A stretch of 63,323 nt of DNA, counting the filler, from Rhabdomonas costata (Eukaryota), in assembly GCA_019059605.1 (NCBI GenBank). It is 41 parts of 41 records of this genome, joined end to end, with 100 filler letters (N's around TTAATTAATTAA, not from the genome) between each part and the next. Parts side by side here need not be neighbours in the genome. Positions count along the whole stretch, not along the records: positions 32,483 to 33,929 come from JAHMHO010015724.1; positions 34,030 to 35,477 come from JAHMHO010015725.1; positions 35,578 to 37,024 come from JAHMHO010015726.1; positions 37,125 to 38,569 come from JAHMHO010015727.1; positions 38,670 to 40,116 come from JAHMHO010015728.1; positions 40,217 to 41,663 come from JAHMHO010015729.1; positions 41,764 to 43,210 come from JAHMHO010015730.1; positions 43,311 to 44,757 come from JAHMHO010015731.1; 33 more parts are not named here. One strand, 5' to 3'. Made by a program: the position numbers and the translations under genes. The notes beneath the pieces are model-generated. The model did no database searches, had not been told where the DNA came from, and worked only from the letters and a program-made list of their open reading frames with translations. Numbering within the stretch: the stretch's first letter is position 1; the number at the start of each line of letters is the position of its first letter. Of this stretch, positions 33,799 through 46,494 are shown piece by piece.

Positions 33799-34600
33799 GT
33801 GAGTGGGTCCTTTCTTTCCTAGGAGCCTTTTTTGGCCATTCAGGTGATGCCTGAACAGCCTGGTTGCGAGTGTCAGGCCTGGAGCCAGCGATGCAGCTCC
33901 ACGAATGCCCTTCCTGCATCAACCCACCCNNNNNNNNNNNNNNNNNNNNNNNNNNNNNNNNNNNNNNNNNNNNTTAATTAATTAANNNNNNNNNNNNNNN
34001 NNNNNNNNNNNNNNNNNNNNNNNNNNNNNGTTTTGACTTCTTTTGTTTCACTATATGGGGTAGATGTGTTTTGCTCTTTCTGAGTGTTGGTGCTGGACAC
34101 CAGCTGGGGATTCAGCGCCCGTTTGTGCGCTTTTCATAACTAACCTTCCCAGGGTTAGAAGGCGACACATCCCCTCTCAAAGCGTACCAGTGCACCTGCC
34201 GCCCAGCATGACGCTGCCGTACTCCACAGAGCGCACCATTGTCACCTCCGGAAAAGAAGGCGCACTGAGCAAAGCGGCAGTGATTTTGCTTCAGCAAGAA
34301 CTCACGCTGCCACCGGACGCAGAAGCTCGCCTTCACCCACACTCTTTGTTGCCGCATCGGAAGTAGTGGAGGTCAGTCTTTTCGAGAGAAGGAGTGTGCA
34401 ACGGCGGAGAGGAAGGGTGTGGGTTGCCGGAGTAAGGGGTGGGGCAAACCGTGAGAACCCCCGTTTTTTTCTTGTTTCCTCATCTTTCGTCAGTTTTCCG
34501 TCCTGCGGGGCCCATTCTAAAATCTAGTACTCCCATTTTCCGTTTTCAGACCACCAGAATTCAGCCCGCCGCCACGTCTGCGTCTGCCCTCAAGCCCGCA

Positions 34601-34709
34601 ATGCTGGCACCCCCGCTCCCCGATCTCCCCGCAGTGCTCTCCTGGCTGCGTGGGTGGGGGTGGCAGCGCACCGCAGATGCCCTGCTGCGGGAGGCCGCCC
34701 ATTCCTCAG
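34601..34709 (+). CDS. First coding exon with a LisH motif
   Basis: LPAVLSWLRGWGWQRTADALLREA fits the LisH consensus; CAG|GTGCG donor. Confidence 0.65.
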
Positions 34710-35004
34710 GTGCGCTCTTTGTGTTTCACGTCGTCTGCGGTTCGGCGAATGATGGGTTGCCCCCGAGACGAAACAGTTGTCATGTTTGTGTTTTGGTGTG
34801 TGTGTGTGTGTGTGTGTGTGTTTCCTGAGGCCTGTGAGGGGAGAGTAACGCGAGGCAGCGAGGCGTTGAGGAGACAGAGAAGGAGTGAAGCCCAATAGGC
34901 CCATCCCCAAGGGGCGGGGAGCCCGGGAGGGGGGGGGACAAGAAACCCTCGTAGAAAAACGTCACCCTGGCCAATTGCACAAAGTACGTGTGTGTGACCC
35001 TCTC

Positions 35005-35195
35005 GAAGTCCCGTGGCCTGGCGAAGAGCGCCAGGGGCGGCGCCACGATTGGGGCTCTTCGTCCTGTGAAGAAGATGACCTGAGGATCCCAGGCAGAAGA
35101 AGAGTTGAAATGAGGACATTTGACTCTCAGCAGACTGGGCGAGTACAGAGTGTTGGAGCTCCCTAAAGCCGCGGTTTAATGCGCTGTTGAGGTTC
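35005..35195 (+). repeat. Dispersed repeat, copy 2 (homologous to 4685-4870), apparently within an intron of the LisH gene
   Basis: Shares several colinear blocks with the reverse complement of 4685-4870. Confidence 0.85.
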
Positions 35196-35604
35196 TTCTG
35201 CCGAGCAGCAGAGGGGCAATTCGCACTCCCGATCGGTTTCGAGATGTGCGGATGAGAGGTGACATGAAGTTGAAGCTGCAGTTTCTGGCTTCTTACAATT
35301 ACAATTGCCATGACCGTGGTCATGGACGATACTGCTGTTTATCCATGACTGGTTCCTGGCAAACATTGGTGGCCCTGATATTGTGTGGGTGCCCTTCACA
35401 GACCCGGGGGATCCAGACCTGGCCTCGCCCGCGTCGCCCGCGTCGCTGCGGGATGTGCAGGTCGTGATGGACCCCACNNNNNNNNNNNNNNNNNNNNNNN
35501 NNNNNNNNNNNNNNNNNNNNNTTAATTAATTAANNNNNNNNNNNNNNNNNNNNNNNNNNNNNNNNNNNNNNNNNNNNTTGTTTTGGTATCCCGAAATACC
35601 CTGT

Positions 35605-36766
35605 AAGTCATATGAGCAGTGGTAAAGTGCCCCAGAAGATTCCCGTTGGGCAGGCGTTGCGCAAAGCCCATGTTCAACGTGGAATGGGGACTGGTCCAAA
35701 CCCACTGCACCCGAGCAGTGTGTTTCTTCTCTTTGAAATTAATCAGCAATAGCCTGGATTTCGGCGTCTTCTCCGGTACACCAGCAATGGTCGCCCACTG
35801 CACACCGTTGTCAAAAACCAACAGGGTATTTCGGGATACCAAGGAAACTTCATGCGCCCCCCGGAACAGTGTTTGAACAAGTGTGCCATTCTCGAGGAGC
35901 AGTTGGAAGTTTCCAGCCATCCCAAGGGACCATAGCACTTGTCCAGAGCTGCGATCAATTCGAAAAACCGTGTCCATGTGCCGCGAGTTCAACAGAATGG
36001 AGTTGCTGCTGAGGTCCCAGAAAAGCGAATTCGGGTGAAGCCAATCTGAGCAATGCAAAGGCGTGTTGTTGAGAGCTTGACAGTGCTTCCAACACAACCC
36101 CTTCCAAACCGGCCAAAGGTGTCTGTTGGCATCCCAGGCCCAAACCCACTTCCCCGTTCGAATATCCACTTCAACAATGTGATGGGAGGCGACAACATCA
36201 CGGCTCTCGTCAAACCGTGCCGACGCCAAAAGGCTAAGCACAGTATGCTTAACAGGGTTGTAAAACAAAGAGTGGTGGAAAGCAGTTCCAGGTTTCGACT
36301 GTGCAAACTTTTTCAGAGTTCCATTGAACAAGTCCAGAGTAGCCAGAAAACTTTCTTTGCACCCCAACCTGACAATCACGGCGACAACACCCCGGCTGAT
36401 GCGAACAGGGGCAACAAGCGACCTCGGCCCCATAGAAGACCTGCAGCCTTTCCACATTTCTATCCCAGGAATCGCTAGGCACCCCACACGCGTGCCATTC
36501 AAACTGTACAGCTGCAATCTGTCCGATGTTCTAAGACTCTGAAGCTGAAAGCCTTCGCAAAAATTCCCACTCAAACGCTCGACAGCAAATGCTTCGGGAG
36601 TTGCCAGGCTACAAGTCCACGCGAAAGAAGGTAACGATGAAGAGTCCAGTGCCACCTGTGTTGTGGACCACCCTGAAGGAGGAATATGTAACCACGAGGC
36701 AAGCTTGGCGCATGCAACCAAAAGAAACCCGCAAAACGGAACCCAACGAAATCGAGAAAGTAGCAT
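35605..36766 (-). CDS. Aryl-sulfate sulfotransferase (ASST)-like beta-propeller protein, single long exon, 3'-truncated
   Basis: DWLHPNS, SRH, G.V.W.LG, AHE, LVFDNG and AQRLPNGN motifs; hydrophobic N-terminus MLLSRFRWVPFCGFLLVACA. Confidence 0.88.
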
Positions 36767-37799
36767 TTGAAAATCATGCGCATTTTCATAAAAAAAATAT
36801 CGCCTGTTCTGCAAAAAAAAAGGGCAACGAGTGAAATATTACGACACACACATTGTGTACCTGTATGTGCCTGGAAGGTGCCACATTATCTTTAACTAAA
36901 TGCTGGAATCAAAAAAAATCAGAAAATGCAGACCGGCCAGTGGTGAAACGACCGGCGGCAGTGGGTCCCTCTCTGCTATCGTCGCCGGAAAACGCTGCAG
37001 CCCAAGAACCACCACCTTGTGCAGNNNNNNNNNNNNNNNNNNNNNNNNNNNNNNNNNNNNNNNNNNNNTTAATTAATTAANNNNNNNNNNNNNNNNNNNN
37101 NNNNNNNNNNNNNNNNNNNNNNNNGGGGGGGTGGTACATCTCCGTCTTCAACACGTACCTGTCTGGGGACCAGCTGCAGTCCGAGTCGAAGACGGAGATG
37201 TACCAGCTCTCCCTTATTAGGGGCTGCCGGTCCGTGGAGATCGATTGTATGCCCCCCCCCCCCGCAAGCCGTGCGCCTTCCACCACCTTCCCACGAGAAA
37301 GAAAAATATGTTGGTAAGGACGGGAGGATGGAACAGAAGGCTGTGACATCCAAGACGACACCAGCGCAGAATCCCGGAGATGCAGTCGACGGAGCGCAAG
37401 AGGGTGGCAGGAACATGAGCAGGCACATGGATGTGTAGGTGGGAGGAGGGCAGGGGCCCAAGGGTTGACCCAGATTTCCATTTTTCGATGTTCCATTTTC
37501 CATGCTCCAACTTTTATTTTGAATGTTAAGCTGAGCAGCACGTGTGAAACGCGGTGTGCTATGCTGCGTTGTGTTGTGGGTTGTTGTGTTAGGTTTATTG
37601 TGGGCACTGGTACGTGTTGTTTGACTGTTTGCCCTTTTGGGGCTTCCGTTGCTCCCCCCCCCCCCATGTGCTTTTATGCCAAATGATTGGCGATGCCCGT
37701 GAGGATCAGGCGATCCGCCGAGCTACACATTTAGAGCTCTGATTGCGATACTGGGCCGGAAGAGTACCACTGTGTGGCATCACGGGGTGGGCCCTGGCT

Positions 37800-38210
37800 T
37801 TGGAGGACACAGGCTTTGTGCATAATGGCCGCATACCCGGCCCCTGCCACCCGAAGTATCACAAGTCGCCGCACTTCAAAGTGCAGCGCGTGGCGACTGG
37901 CCTCCAGGATAGGATTATTAGGATTAGGGTGCACGGGCCGCCAGACAGCAGCTGGGGTTGGCAAGGTGCACCTGGTACAACAGGAGCATTTCCTGAACAG
38001 GTGCTCTTTCAAGGGGGTTCAGTGGAATGGCCCCACTAGTCCCCAGACCTATCCCTCCTTGATTTCTTCCTTTGGGGCCCTTTGGGGCCTTATCAAGGCC
38101 AATTGTATGAGGGCCTGGCCACGTCTCTGCGCGCACTGAAGCGCATCATGGCCGTAGTGCGCCACGTGCCTGAGGCGCCATCGTGTGGCTGCTTTGGACA
38201 CCGTTCCACT
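37800..38210 (+). mobile_element. Decayed Tc1/mariner DDD transposase remnant (rosa/maT-like)
   Basis: AFPEQVLFQGGSVEWPH*SPDLSLLDFFLWG (~37986-38078) matches the WPPRSPDLxPLDFFLWG motif; in-frame stop and a 10-nt duplication. Confidence 0.85.
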
Positions 38211-38700
38211 TGGGCTTGGGCTTGTCTCAAGGTGCGCGCCGCGCGGCCATTCGGAAGCCAGGGCAGTCCTTTTGCAGATACAACCTCCGTTCAGTCCCGT
38301 GAGGCCGTCGAGGACTTTTAAAAAATTATGTTGGAGTGTGTTACATGGTTCGTTATCAGTCCCAATCTCAACCCAACTCACCTGATGTGCCAGCGTCGGC
38401 CTCTCATGCACGCCGCGAGATAGCATGTGAAAAAAAAACGTAACATCGGCAACGGCAATAAAATGATGTCTTGCTTGTGCTGGCTCGCCAAGGCGTGTCC
38501 GAAAACCCCACAGGCTGGGACGGGCCCGACGGCGAGCCCATCGTCTACCATGGGTACACCCCAACCACANNNNNNNNNNNNNNNNNNNNNNNNNNNNNNN
38601 NNNNNNNNNNNNNTTAATTAATTAANNNNNNNNNNNNNNNNNNNNNNNNNNNNNNNNNNNNNNNNNNNNGGTGCTATTATTTATCTCTAACAGGTCACAG

Positions 38701-38995
38701 GTGGGCTGTGGAAGGTGAGTTTCCAGCCAGTGCTACTTTGAATGATGTTCTGGGGCTCAAGGATCCGGCAAGTTCAGGAGCCACGCCAATGTGGTGCCCC
38801 AGCAGGGAAGTCCTTTTTCTAGAGAACTGGTACCCTCCATCCGAAGAGTGGCAAGTCCTGGACTACCCCTTGTGGAAACTCGAGCAATGGCTGCAGTCCA
38901 AAGCAGAAGCTGGCGGGGGCTTGGATGGAAGAGAGTTTCCCTCGACCGTCACTTTATTTGAACTTTCTCCAAGGATTTTTGATGCATGTCGTTAG
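38701..38995 (+). CDS. Probable terminal exon, hypothetical protein
   Basis: CAG acceptor, then an open frame of about 95 aa to TAG, followed by a T-rich UTR-like region. Confidence 0.45.
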
Positions 38996-39739
38996 CAGGA
39001 TTATTCCGCTGCCTTGGATAATCGATCATTTCGATTTGGGTCTGCAGAGCTTCCTTGTTCAATGTCGCTTCTGTATTGTGTTTGTCCTGTTCTTTCCATT
39101 CCATACTCTCTCGTCTTTTGTGTTGGCACCTTCGAATGCTGCCTCGTCATTCACTCATTTGCATTGCATTGAAAACATTGCTTTCACACAATACTTTTCT
39201 CATTAATGTCCTGATTGATGGTGCTTGCTCAACATTGTGAAAGTCAGCAGTGGGAGTCGCTGCGGCCCCCCTCCCCCCCGAACCGTACAGTGGCTCTTCG
39301 GTCACACCGTCAAGACCATAGGGGAATGTCCGATGCACACTTTGTGCGGACATGAAATTTATTTGCCATTTACAAAAAATCGGGATACTCTGGGCTTGAA
39401 ATTGACCGTGGACAGTTGAAACCATCTTTGGCCTGTTTGACTTAAGGCTTTGGGGAGCCTAACTCAGGCTTGCAGTGGGACGAGTCAAGCTGATTAGCAA
39501 GGCAGTGCCCATGGAGTTGGGAACGGAAGAGTGGCAACATTCGGGTCCTTGTATTTGGCGCGTTCTCCACGTTATCTATTTCTCCGTGTGAATGCACTCT
39601 TCAGCTGCGTGCAGCACCCCTGCGACCGACTTGCACTTCTCAGTTCATTGACCGTGACCCCCAACGTTTTCCAGAGTTTGTTGCTTTAGTACTACCACGT
39701 TTTTTTGTTTTGTTTCTGCTTTAGCTCCATCGGTCCAAT

Positions 39740-40016
39740 ATGGTGTCCCCAAAGGTCTTTCGTCTGGTTGACCCTTTGAACGATCCTCTGTGCGACGAGC
39801 AGGTTCTGGAACACCTCGCGGATGGTGGGCCGACTTTGGTGGACCCGGACCCCGAAGGCTTCTTTGCATGCCTGCAGGTCCGCCGTGATGCCACCCAAGC
39901 CGAGATCCGGCAGGCCTACCACCGCGCCACCCAGATCTACCATCCGGACAAGCTCTTTGGGGCGACCCCCCGCACCTGGAAGACCGCTACGGAGCACATG
40001 CAGAAGCTAAATCTTG
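39740..40016 (+). CDS. DnaJ/J-domain protein, first coding exon
   Basis: FACLQVRRDATQAEIRQAYHRATQIYHPDK with an intact HPD motif; TTTAG 15 nt before the ATG. Confidence 0.9.
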
Positions 40017-41987
40017 GTTCTCTGCTTTTTTCGTCCCGTCCTCGCCGCGGTCCAATGGCCCTCCTTTTTTTCCTTTTCCCACAGTTTATCACACGACGCC
40101 AGAAACCAAAACCCACNNNNNNNNNNNNNNNNNNNNNNNNNNNNNNNNNNNNNNNNNNNNTTAATTAATTAANNNNNNNNNNNNNNNNNNNNNNNNNNNN
40201 NNNNNNNNNNNNNNNNTCCTCATTGACACGCAGGGCCTCCACGTGCGTGCCCTGGATCAGATGCATAGGTAAAGCAGGAAAAACAGACCATACTGAGGAG
40301 GCCAGCTTGGGCTCAGGACTCTGCACGGGCGCGGGATGCCAAGCCTGCAGCACCAGCTCGGCGATCAACGCAAACGGCACCTGGAACCGGTACCGCTCCA
40401 CCGGCCCAAGAAGACAAGTTCACATCCAGAACTACGAACGTGCTCCTTGAGGGCGGCTCTTAATGTTTGGAATATGGAAGACCTTTGCTTTACGTGCTTC
40501 GCCAAAACCCCGTCCACAGTGCCACCGGCAAACTCACGCAGACTTGTCCGCTCGCGGCAGTTCCCATTTATTAGAAAAGCAAATATGCGAAGTTGTGACG
40601 CCCAACTTTCTACGGGTTAACCTTGGAAAAGAGCCTTAATCAAGGAAAACTGCAGCGAGTCCAAGCGTCGAACTGCGCCTCAGTGAGGAACTGGCAGTGC
40701 TCCACGCAGCTTTCCATGCCTGCCATACTCCAAGGTTCCAGAAATCAGCTGGCACGCACTCTCTCCCGCACTCATCACAGGTGCAGATGAGTGCAACCTA
40801 AGCCCCCCCCCCCAAAAAAAGCAGCATAAGTGCAGAATTTCTCGATCTGCATGGGATTTGCCTCGCAATACTTGTGGTTGAGCTGCTGCGTAGTGTGAAG
40901 GAGGACAAAGCCAGAAGAGAATGGACGCAACTCTTTGAGGACGGACCAGAACACCAGCACAGGCTAAGTGAGGATTAAGATGGACAGACTGCTGCCGCCC
41001 CCTCAGTCAGCACAACAGCATAAAAGCGGGTGAGAAGCAACAGTCACATTGGCACCACCTCGGGGGGGGGGGAGGTCCGGAAAGAGACTGCTTGCCACAA
41101 ACTGCCCACGTTGAACGTTGCCACGACTGAGGCCACGTTGAACACATGCTCTTCAACCAAAGCCAGTTGAAATACCAAGCCTTGGCGCTCCATGAAAAAA
41201 GAGCGATAGATAGACAGTATCTGTGAGTGCCAAGCGCAACGAGGGGCTCCATCACTTAGGCGGAAGAATTCATGAAGTCCCTTTTGTAGTTCGAGTGTAG
41301 TTGTTAAGACAGTAAAAGAGGGGGGGGGTGTTAAACGGTTTAATAACACTGAACCTGTTTAACATTGTCAACACGCGATACGAGACTGGAAATTTTGTGT
41401 CGGGGTCCTGACGTGTTAGAAGGCGGACTTTGGTGACTTTGCCCCGGAAGAGCGATCAAAGGTTCCCAGGAGATGGGACACAAAGGGGACAGAGTTTATT
41501 GGCGCCGCTGCGGCCAGAGCAGTCGGCCAAGGCGGGAACTTTGCCTGAGTTGGGTGGGGGAATTTTCCTGGTCATCGCGCCCCAAAAGCAATGGAGTTTC
41601 TGGCCCTGACCTAGCATGGTTTTAAACCTTACCGTTTCACTTCATTAAACCGTTTAACACCCCNNNNNNNNNNNNNNNNNNNNNNNNNNNNNNNNNNNNN
41701 NNNNNNNTTAATTAATTAANNNNNNNNNNNNNNNNNNNNNNNNNNNNNNNNNNNNNNNNNNNNGGTGGTGGGTGGGTGGGGTTGAACTGGCTGCAGTTCA
41801 GAGTTCTGTGCGAGCAAAAGCTGCACAATCACTCCCCTTGCACACATTCTTTCATTCGCGTGAAAGCATGCGGGGAGACAGGAATTGCGACAAAGAGTGG
41901 TGTAGTCAACTTTTCCTTTGATTTTTGAACACAGCACCACCTACCCCAGAAAGATGGAAGGCAGCGTCGAGGGGGGAGTGAACGCAC

Positions 41988-42192
41988 TTCCTGACGTGCA
42001 CGTGCTTTGGGATTTGGCTCAGCCTTGCAGAGGCCTCGCGCTGCCTGCGGCCGCTGGGCGGGCGCCCACCGAGCTCGGGAGGATCGCAGAAGCACCCATA
42101 GGCCTGCGCCTCCTCCGCGGCGATCATCCGCCGCATCTGCCGCCGCTGTCTCGCCGTGATCCCCCACAGCTCCTCCCGGTACAAGTCATCCC
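41988..42192 (-). CDS. Isolated exon, hypothetical protein
   Basis: CACAG acceptor, GC-rich open frame DDLYREELWGITARQRRQMRR...HVRK, GTGCGT donor. Confidence 0.5.
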
Positions 42193-43876
42193 CTGTGAAC
42201 CCCCTCCCCTTGGTTTTGCGGTGGTTGAGGATCAGGCTAATACTGGGTCAAGAGACTAGCTAAGTGAATAAGTATCTGAATTTGTCAGAACATCTGAAAA
42301 TGAAATTTTCATTGTCTTGAAGCTTTCATTGTCTCAAACTTTGTCGTCCCGGTAATGGCCGAATTCTGAGACATACTTCGTTCAGGGGCAGTGGCCGGAC
42401 CGGTCCGCACACTGTTGACGGCATAAAAAAAAGAATACCATCACGCACCCGTTTCTCAACGATGGCAAACGAAACGGAAGGGGAAGATTCCAGAGACTAG
42501 TGTGCCGATTGTGGTGTTTGCGTTCGTTATCTCACCCCACAATAGATGGAAGCTAGTAAGCCACCTGAACCACCGACAAAGACAAAACAGAGGAATGCTT
42601 ACCTACTCTGTCCGTCATCAGCGAGGAAACAGTTTACATCGCCACCAGGGGGCCAAATTTCTGCGAGAAAACTGACATATGGGAAGAAAACAGAAAGGGC
42701 TGAGAAAGTAACAGAAAGGGACTACACTGCAGAAAACAGGTCGAGAAGCCACCCGTTGATATACTATGCAAATACTATACAATGACAGGGTTTCAGGCTC
42801 ATCCCCAGTCACTAGAACTCTCGCCGCTCCCGCCGCCCCGTAAATACGGGACGAGTGCCATTCGCCTAACATCCCTGGCCCTTTCTGCGTAGATGCGCCT
42901 GCGGTTGAATCAACACATCGTCGGAGATGGGCTGGTTGAACCCCAAGCACTTTATGCCTTCTTTCATTCCGGTAATACCTGTAACTTCGTTGTCGAATGA
43001 CATGATTCAGAAAGCTGCTCCAAAGCCGCGAACAGCATGGACTCATAACTTACGCCTCCTCTGGTGTGTCATCTCACGACTGTCAGCACAATCGCCGTGT
43101 TCCCGAAACGAAGGTTCCCGCTCCGGCCCCTCTTGCCTCCTCTTCATCGGGGAAGGCGCAACGCTCAAGCTACTTGAGGGCCTATGCGCCGAAAAGTAAC
43201 CCCCACAACANNNNNNNNNNNNNNNNNNNNNNNNNNNNNNNNNNNNNNNNNNNNTTAATTAATTAANNNNNNNNNNNNNNNNNNNNNNNNNNNNNNNNNN
43301 NNNNNNNNNNTTCCAGATGAACGATATTATTTTTTACTAAACCCGGATAGGGGGGCCACCGCCATTTAGCTTTGGTCAAACACTCCGACGGAAAACCTGC
43401 AACTTTCGGGCTGCACATCCATTACGAAGCCATCGCTCCGCTCGAGGTCGAAGAGTTTGCAGCAAGTAAGGAGTAAAACGACTGCTCCGGCGACACCAGC
43501 CTGGAGCTGTGCAGCCGGAGCTCCTGTTGTGTCGTGCAAGAGCCAGTCAGAAAAGGTGGAAACCTTGCAATTCAGAGACAAAGCGCCAAATGTTACTATG
43601 CTGCTGGTGTAAGTTAGCCAAGCAGAACAATGAGACGCCAGTCGCCGCGGAATTGCCAGGCTTACCGTTCTAAATCACAGCCTAAAAAAGCCTTGTAGCT
43701 CATAGTTGAACCTGACGGAACTCAGGAAAGAAAAGAATGGCGCTGTGCACAGGTAAGCACCCTATGGTTCTTTTCGCAAAAATTCTTAGCACATCACAAC
43801 GGTAAGAATGGCAGAGTGCATACAACAATAACCCTCCTGACGAAGGAAAAGCCCAAGAACCAAAGCAAAAACAAAC

Positions 43877-44059
43877 CTCGACAGCCCGAGAGAGGGGCGC
43901 GGCCAAGGCGCCCGCGATGTCCCCCAACTCATCCCGCGAGAGCTGAAGCAGGCGTGAGCCGTCCACGCCGAGCTCGGTGAAGGCCCTGGTGCAGCTACCC
44001 AGGCCCACCCATCGCAGCCATGAGCACACGGTAGAGACCCGCCAATGACTGACGTTCAT
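43877..44059 (-). CDS. SAM (sterile alpha motif) domain, first coding exon
   Basis: MNVSHWRVSTVCSWLRWVGLGSCTRAFTELGVDGSRLLQLSRDELGDI; GAG|GTTTG donor. Confidence 0.85.
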
Positions 44060-45356
44060 GGTCGAACCCAGAGAGCTGTCCCACCTTTTGAATGGAAGGC
44101 ACAGGCATCCCACAGAAGAAAAAAAGTGGCGGCTTGGACGGGACGAACCACACCATACAAAACTGTTGGCGTTGAGCATTGCCCTTTATAATCCCCAAAT
44201 TCACATTGATTGTCTGCATTTTGCTGTGGACCACAGCAAGGCATTGTCAGAAGGTCCACGAACGGGTGGGCACAGCGGAGATAAAATGGTGACAAAATAG
44301 AAAGAGGCACGGGTGCGAAAAGGAATGGACTGGAGGGACGAGAGAGGAGAGAGTGAAGACTGAATAGAAAATGAGATGAATGAAAAGGGCGAGGGAGGAG
44401 GATCAGTACAGCAAATAGGCACTTCGCAGTGCTTGGTGTGATACATAGCACCCCTCGTCTTACACCTCCGGTTGTTTCTGCGGACGCTTTTTGAAAGCCA
44501 TTGACCAAAATAAAGAGAAGTCACATCAGAACAATTTCTCATAAAGCCACACGAAAGAAGCTCTTGAAGCAACAAATTAATCGTATCACGGAGCTCACCC
44601 ACACAAAAAAGGCTTCAAAAATAGAAGAAAAGTGTTAAATTAGGCGTCGGCCGCATACGTCGACACGTCAGGTTCATCCATGCCCTGCAAGGATAAAACA
44701 AAAAAGCGGGAGAAAACAAAAAAAACAGGATAAAACAAAAACAAAAAACCCAAAAAANNNNNNNNNNNNNNNNNNNNNNNNNNNNNNNNNNNNNNNNNNN
44801 NTTAATTAATTAANNNNNNNNNNNNNNNNNNNNNNNNNNNNNNNNNNNNNNNNNNNNGTGGTGTGGGTTCTGCTGGGCCCTGCCCTCACGACTGGGCGTC
44901 GTTTGGGCAATCTCTGTTTGATGCTTGGTGACTTGGGGTCTCGGATCTGGTGGCGTTGATCGAGGAGACTTTTTGGGCCTCCTTTCTCCGCCAGTTTCCC
45001 CCGTTTAACGTCCCCAGGGACGGCTTGCGTCGCAGTCGCTTCCTGTGTTGTCCACTCGTGTGCTTTGCCAACTCGTCTTCGTCCTCGTTGGTGATCCACC
45101 AGTGGGCTCTTTGTCATTCCCCTTCTGTTCTCTCTCTCTCTCTCTCTCTCTGCTTCGCTTCCTCCATGGCCATCTCATCCTCGTCCTCATTGAAGATCTC
45201 GTCGACCTTTTTTCTTTTGGAGGGCAAGGCCCCTTTTCTTTGGAGGGCACACACACACACACACACACGTAAACATATCTGACATTCAAATGCTGGTGCA
45301 ACACAAATGTGAACGATGCTTGTTGATGTAAACCAGGTGGTCGTTGAAACCAAGTA

Positions 45357-45627
45357 CCAGAAACGGACAACCCCCTGTTCCATCATTGCAGATTCTGCTG
45401 TACAAAGACCCACAACCTGCCGCGAGAGAGAGCGCAGGGAAAGCCTCTTAAGAGAGGCGATGACGTTATGGAAGCTGAGGTTGCCCACGACAGTGGTGTC
45501 GTCGAAGGAGTCCAGCTCCACCCTCCACCGCCACGGAGTGTGGGCCAGGTGGGCGTTGAGACCAACCAACCGACTGAGTAGGAGCCCTCGGGTTTTGAGG
45601 TGCCCCCGGGACATGCCCCCGGAAACC
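45357..45627 (-). CDS. Exon of a hypothetical protein, probably downstream of the TM-encoding exon at ~46082-46304
   Basis: GCCAG acceptor, open coding-like frame, GTAC donor. The upstream stretch encodes a hydrophobic helix (WALVLAGALLLWCAVMGITYMVV). Confidence 0.4.
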
Positions 45628-46494
45628 CTGGCGAGGCAAGCGTGGGCAAAAAAGCACATTAAGCATAGGTGCATCAAAAGTATTGACAAATAGGACCACC
45701 AAGTGGCTAAACCATCGCACGTCAAAACAGCAACAACGAAACGGACGCGACCGCAACTAAGTGCAAGAAAAAAGAAGATGGAGAGGGTGTACAAAAAAGG
45801 TACGTGACGAAAAAAAAAGTAAGGGAAGTAAATGAACACCAAACTGGGACCGTGGGTCGCGATCACATACACATACTGAACGACGAGAGCAGATCGCGGC
45901 ATTCCCTGCCTCATTTTCGCCAAGACTAAATGCCCATCTAGGGTTCCGCTCCAAGGGTACCCACCAAATCCTTCATAAATAAACGTCCTGGCAGGGTTCC
46001 GAGGGTACTCCCGAGATTATCTGGACCCCCACGAAGTGCACCGAGACCTCTATCTTGGGAGCCATAAATTTCAGCCCTCACACAAGTTCCACCCCAACCT
46101 GGTTCCCCATGAGAGGATTCGCTCGACGTCCTGCCGTAGCTGCCCCGGCTGATGAGCATGGCCCCCGCGGTGCACCACCATGTACGTGATGCCCATCACG
46201 GCGCACCACAGCAGCAGCGCACCGGCAAGCACCAGGGCCCAGGGGCGATTATTGACCTGCCACCACAGGTAGCTCGCCACGGGCCCCCCGAAGGGCCGGC
46301 GGTTNNNNNNNNNNNNNNNNNNNNNNNNNNNNNNNNNNNNNNNNNNNNTTAATTAATTAANNNNNNNNNNNNNNNNNNNNNNNNNNNNNNNNNNNNNNNN
46401 NNNNGGTGGTTGTGTTGGTTATGAGGAAGTAAATAAGAGTAGGCATAGCCAAGGTACACATAAACATCACGCTGCCCCTCCCCGTTTCAACGAC

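Noticed and set aside
34076-34087. CTTTCTGAGTGT resembling the 5' part of the euglenid spliced leader
   Set aside because: The match stops after 12 nt; no T-tract or donor site follows.
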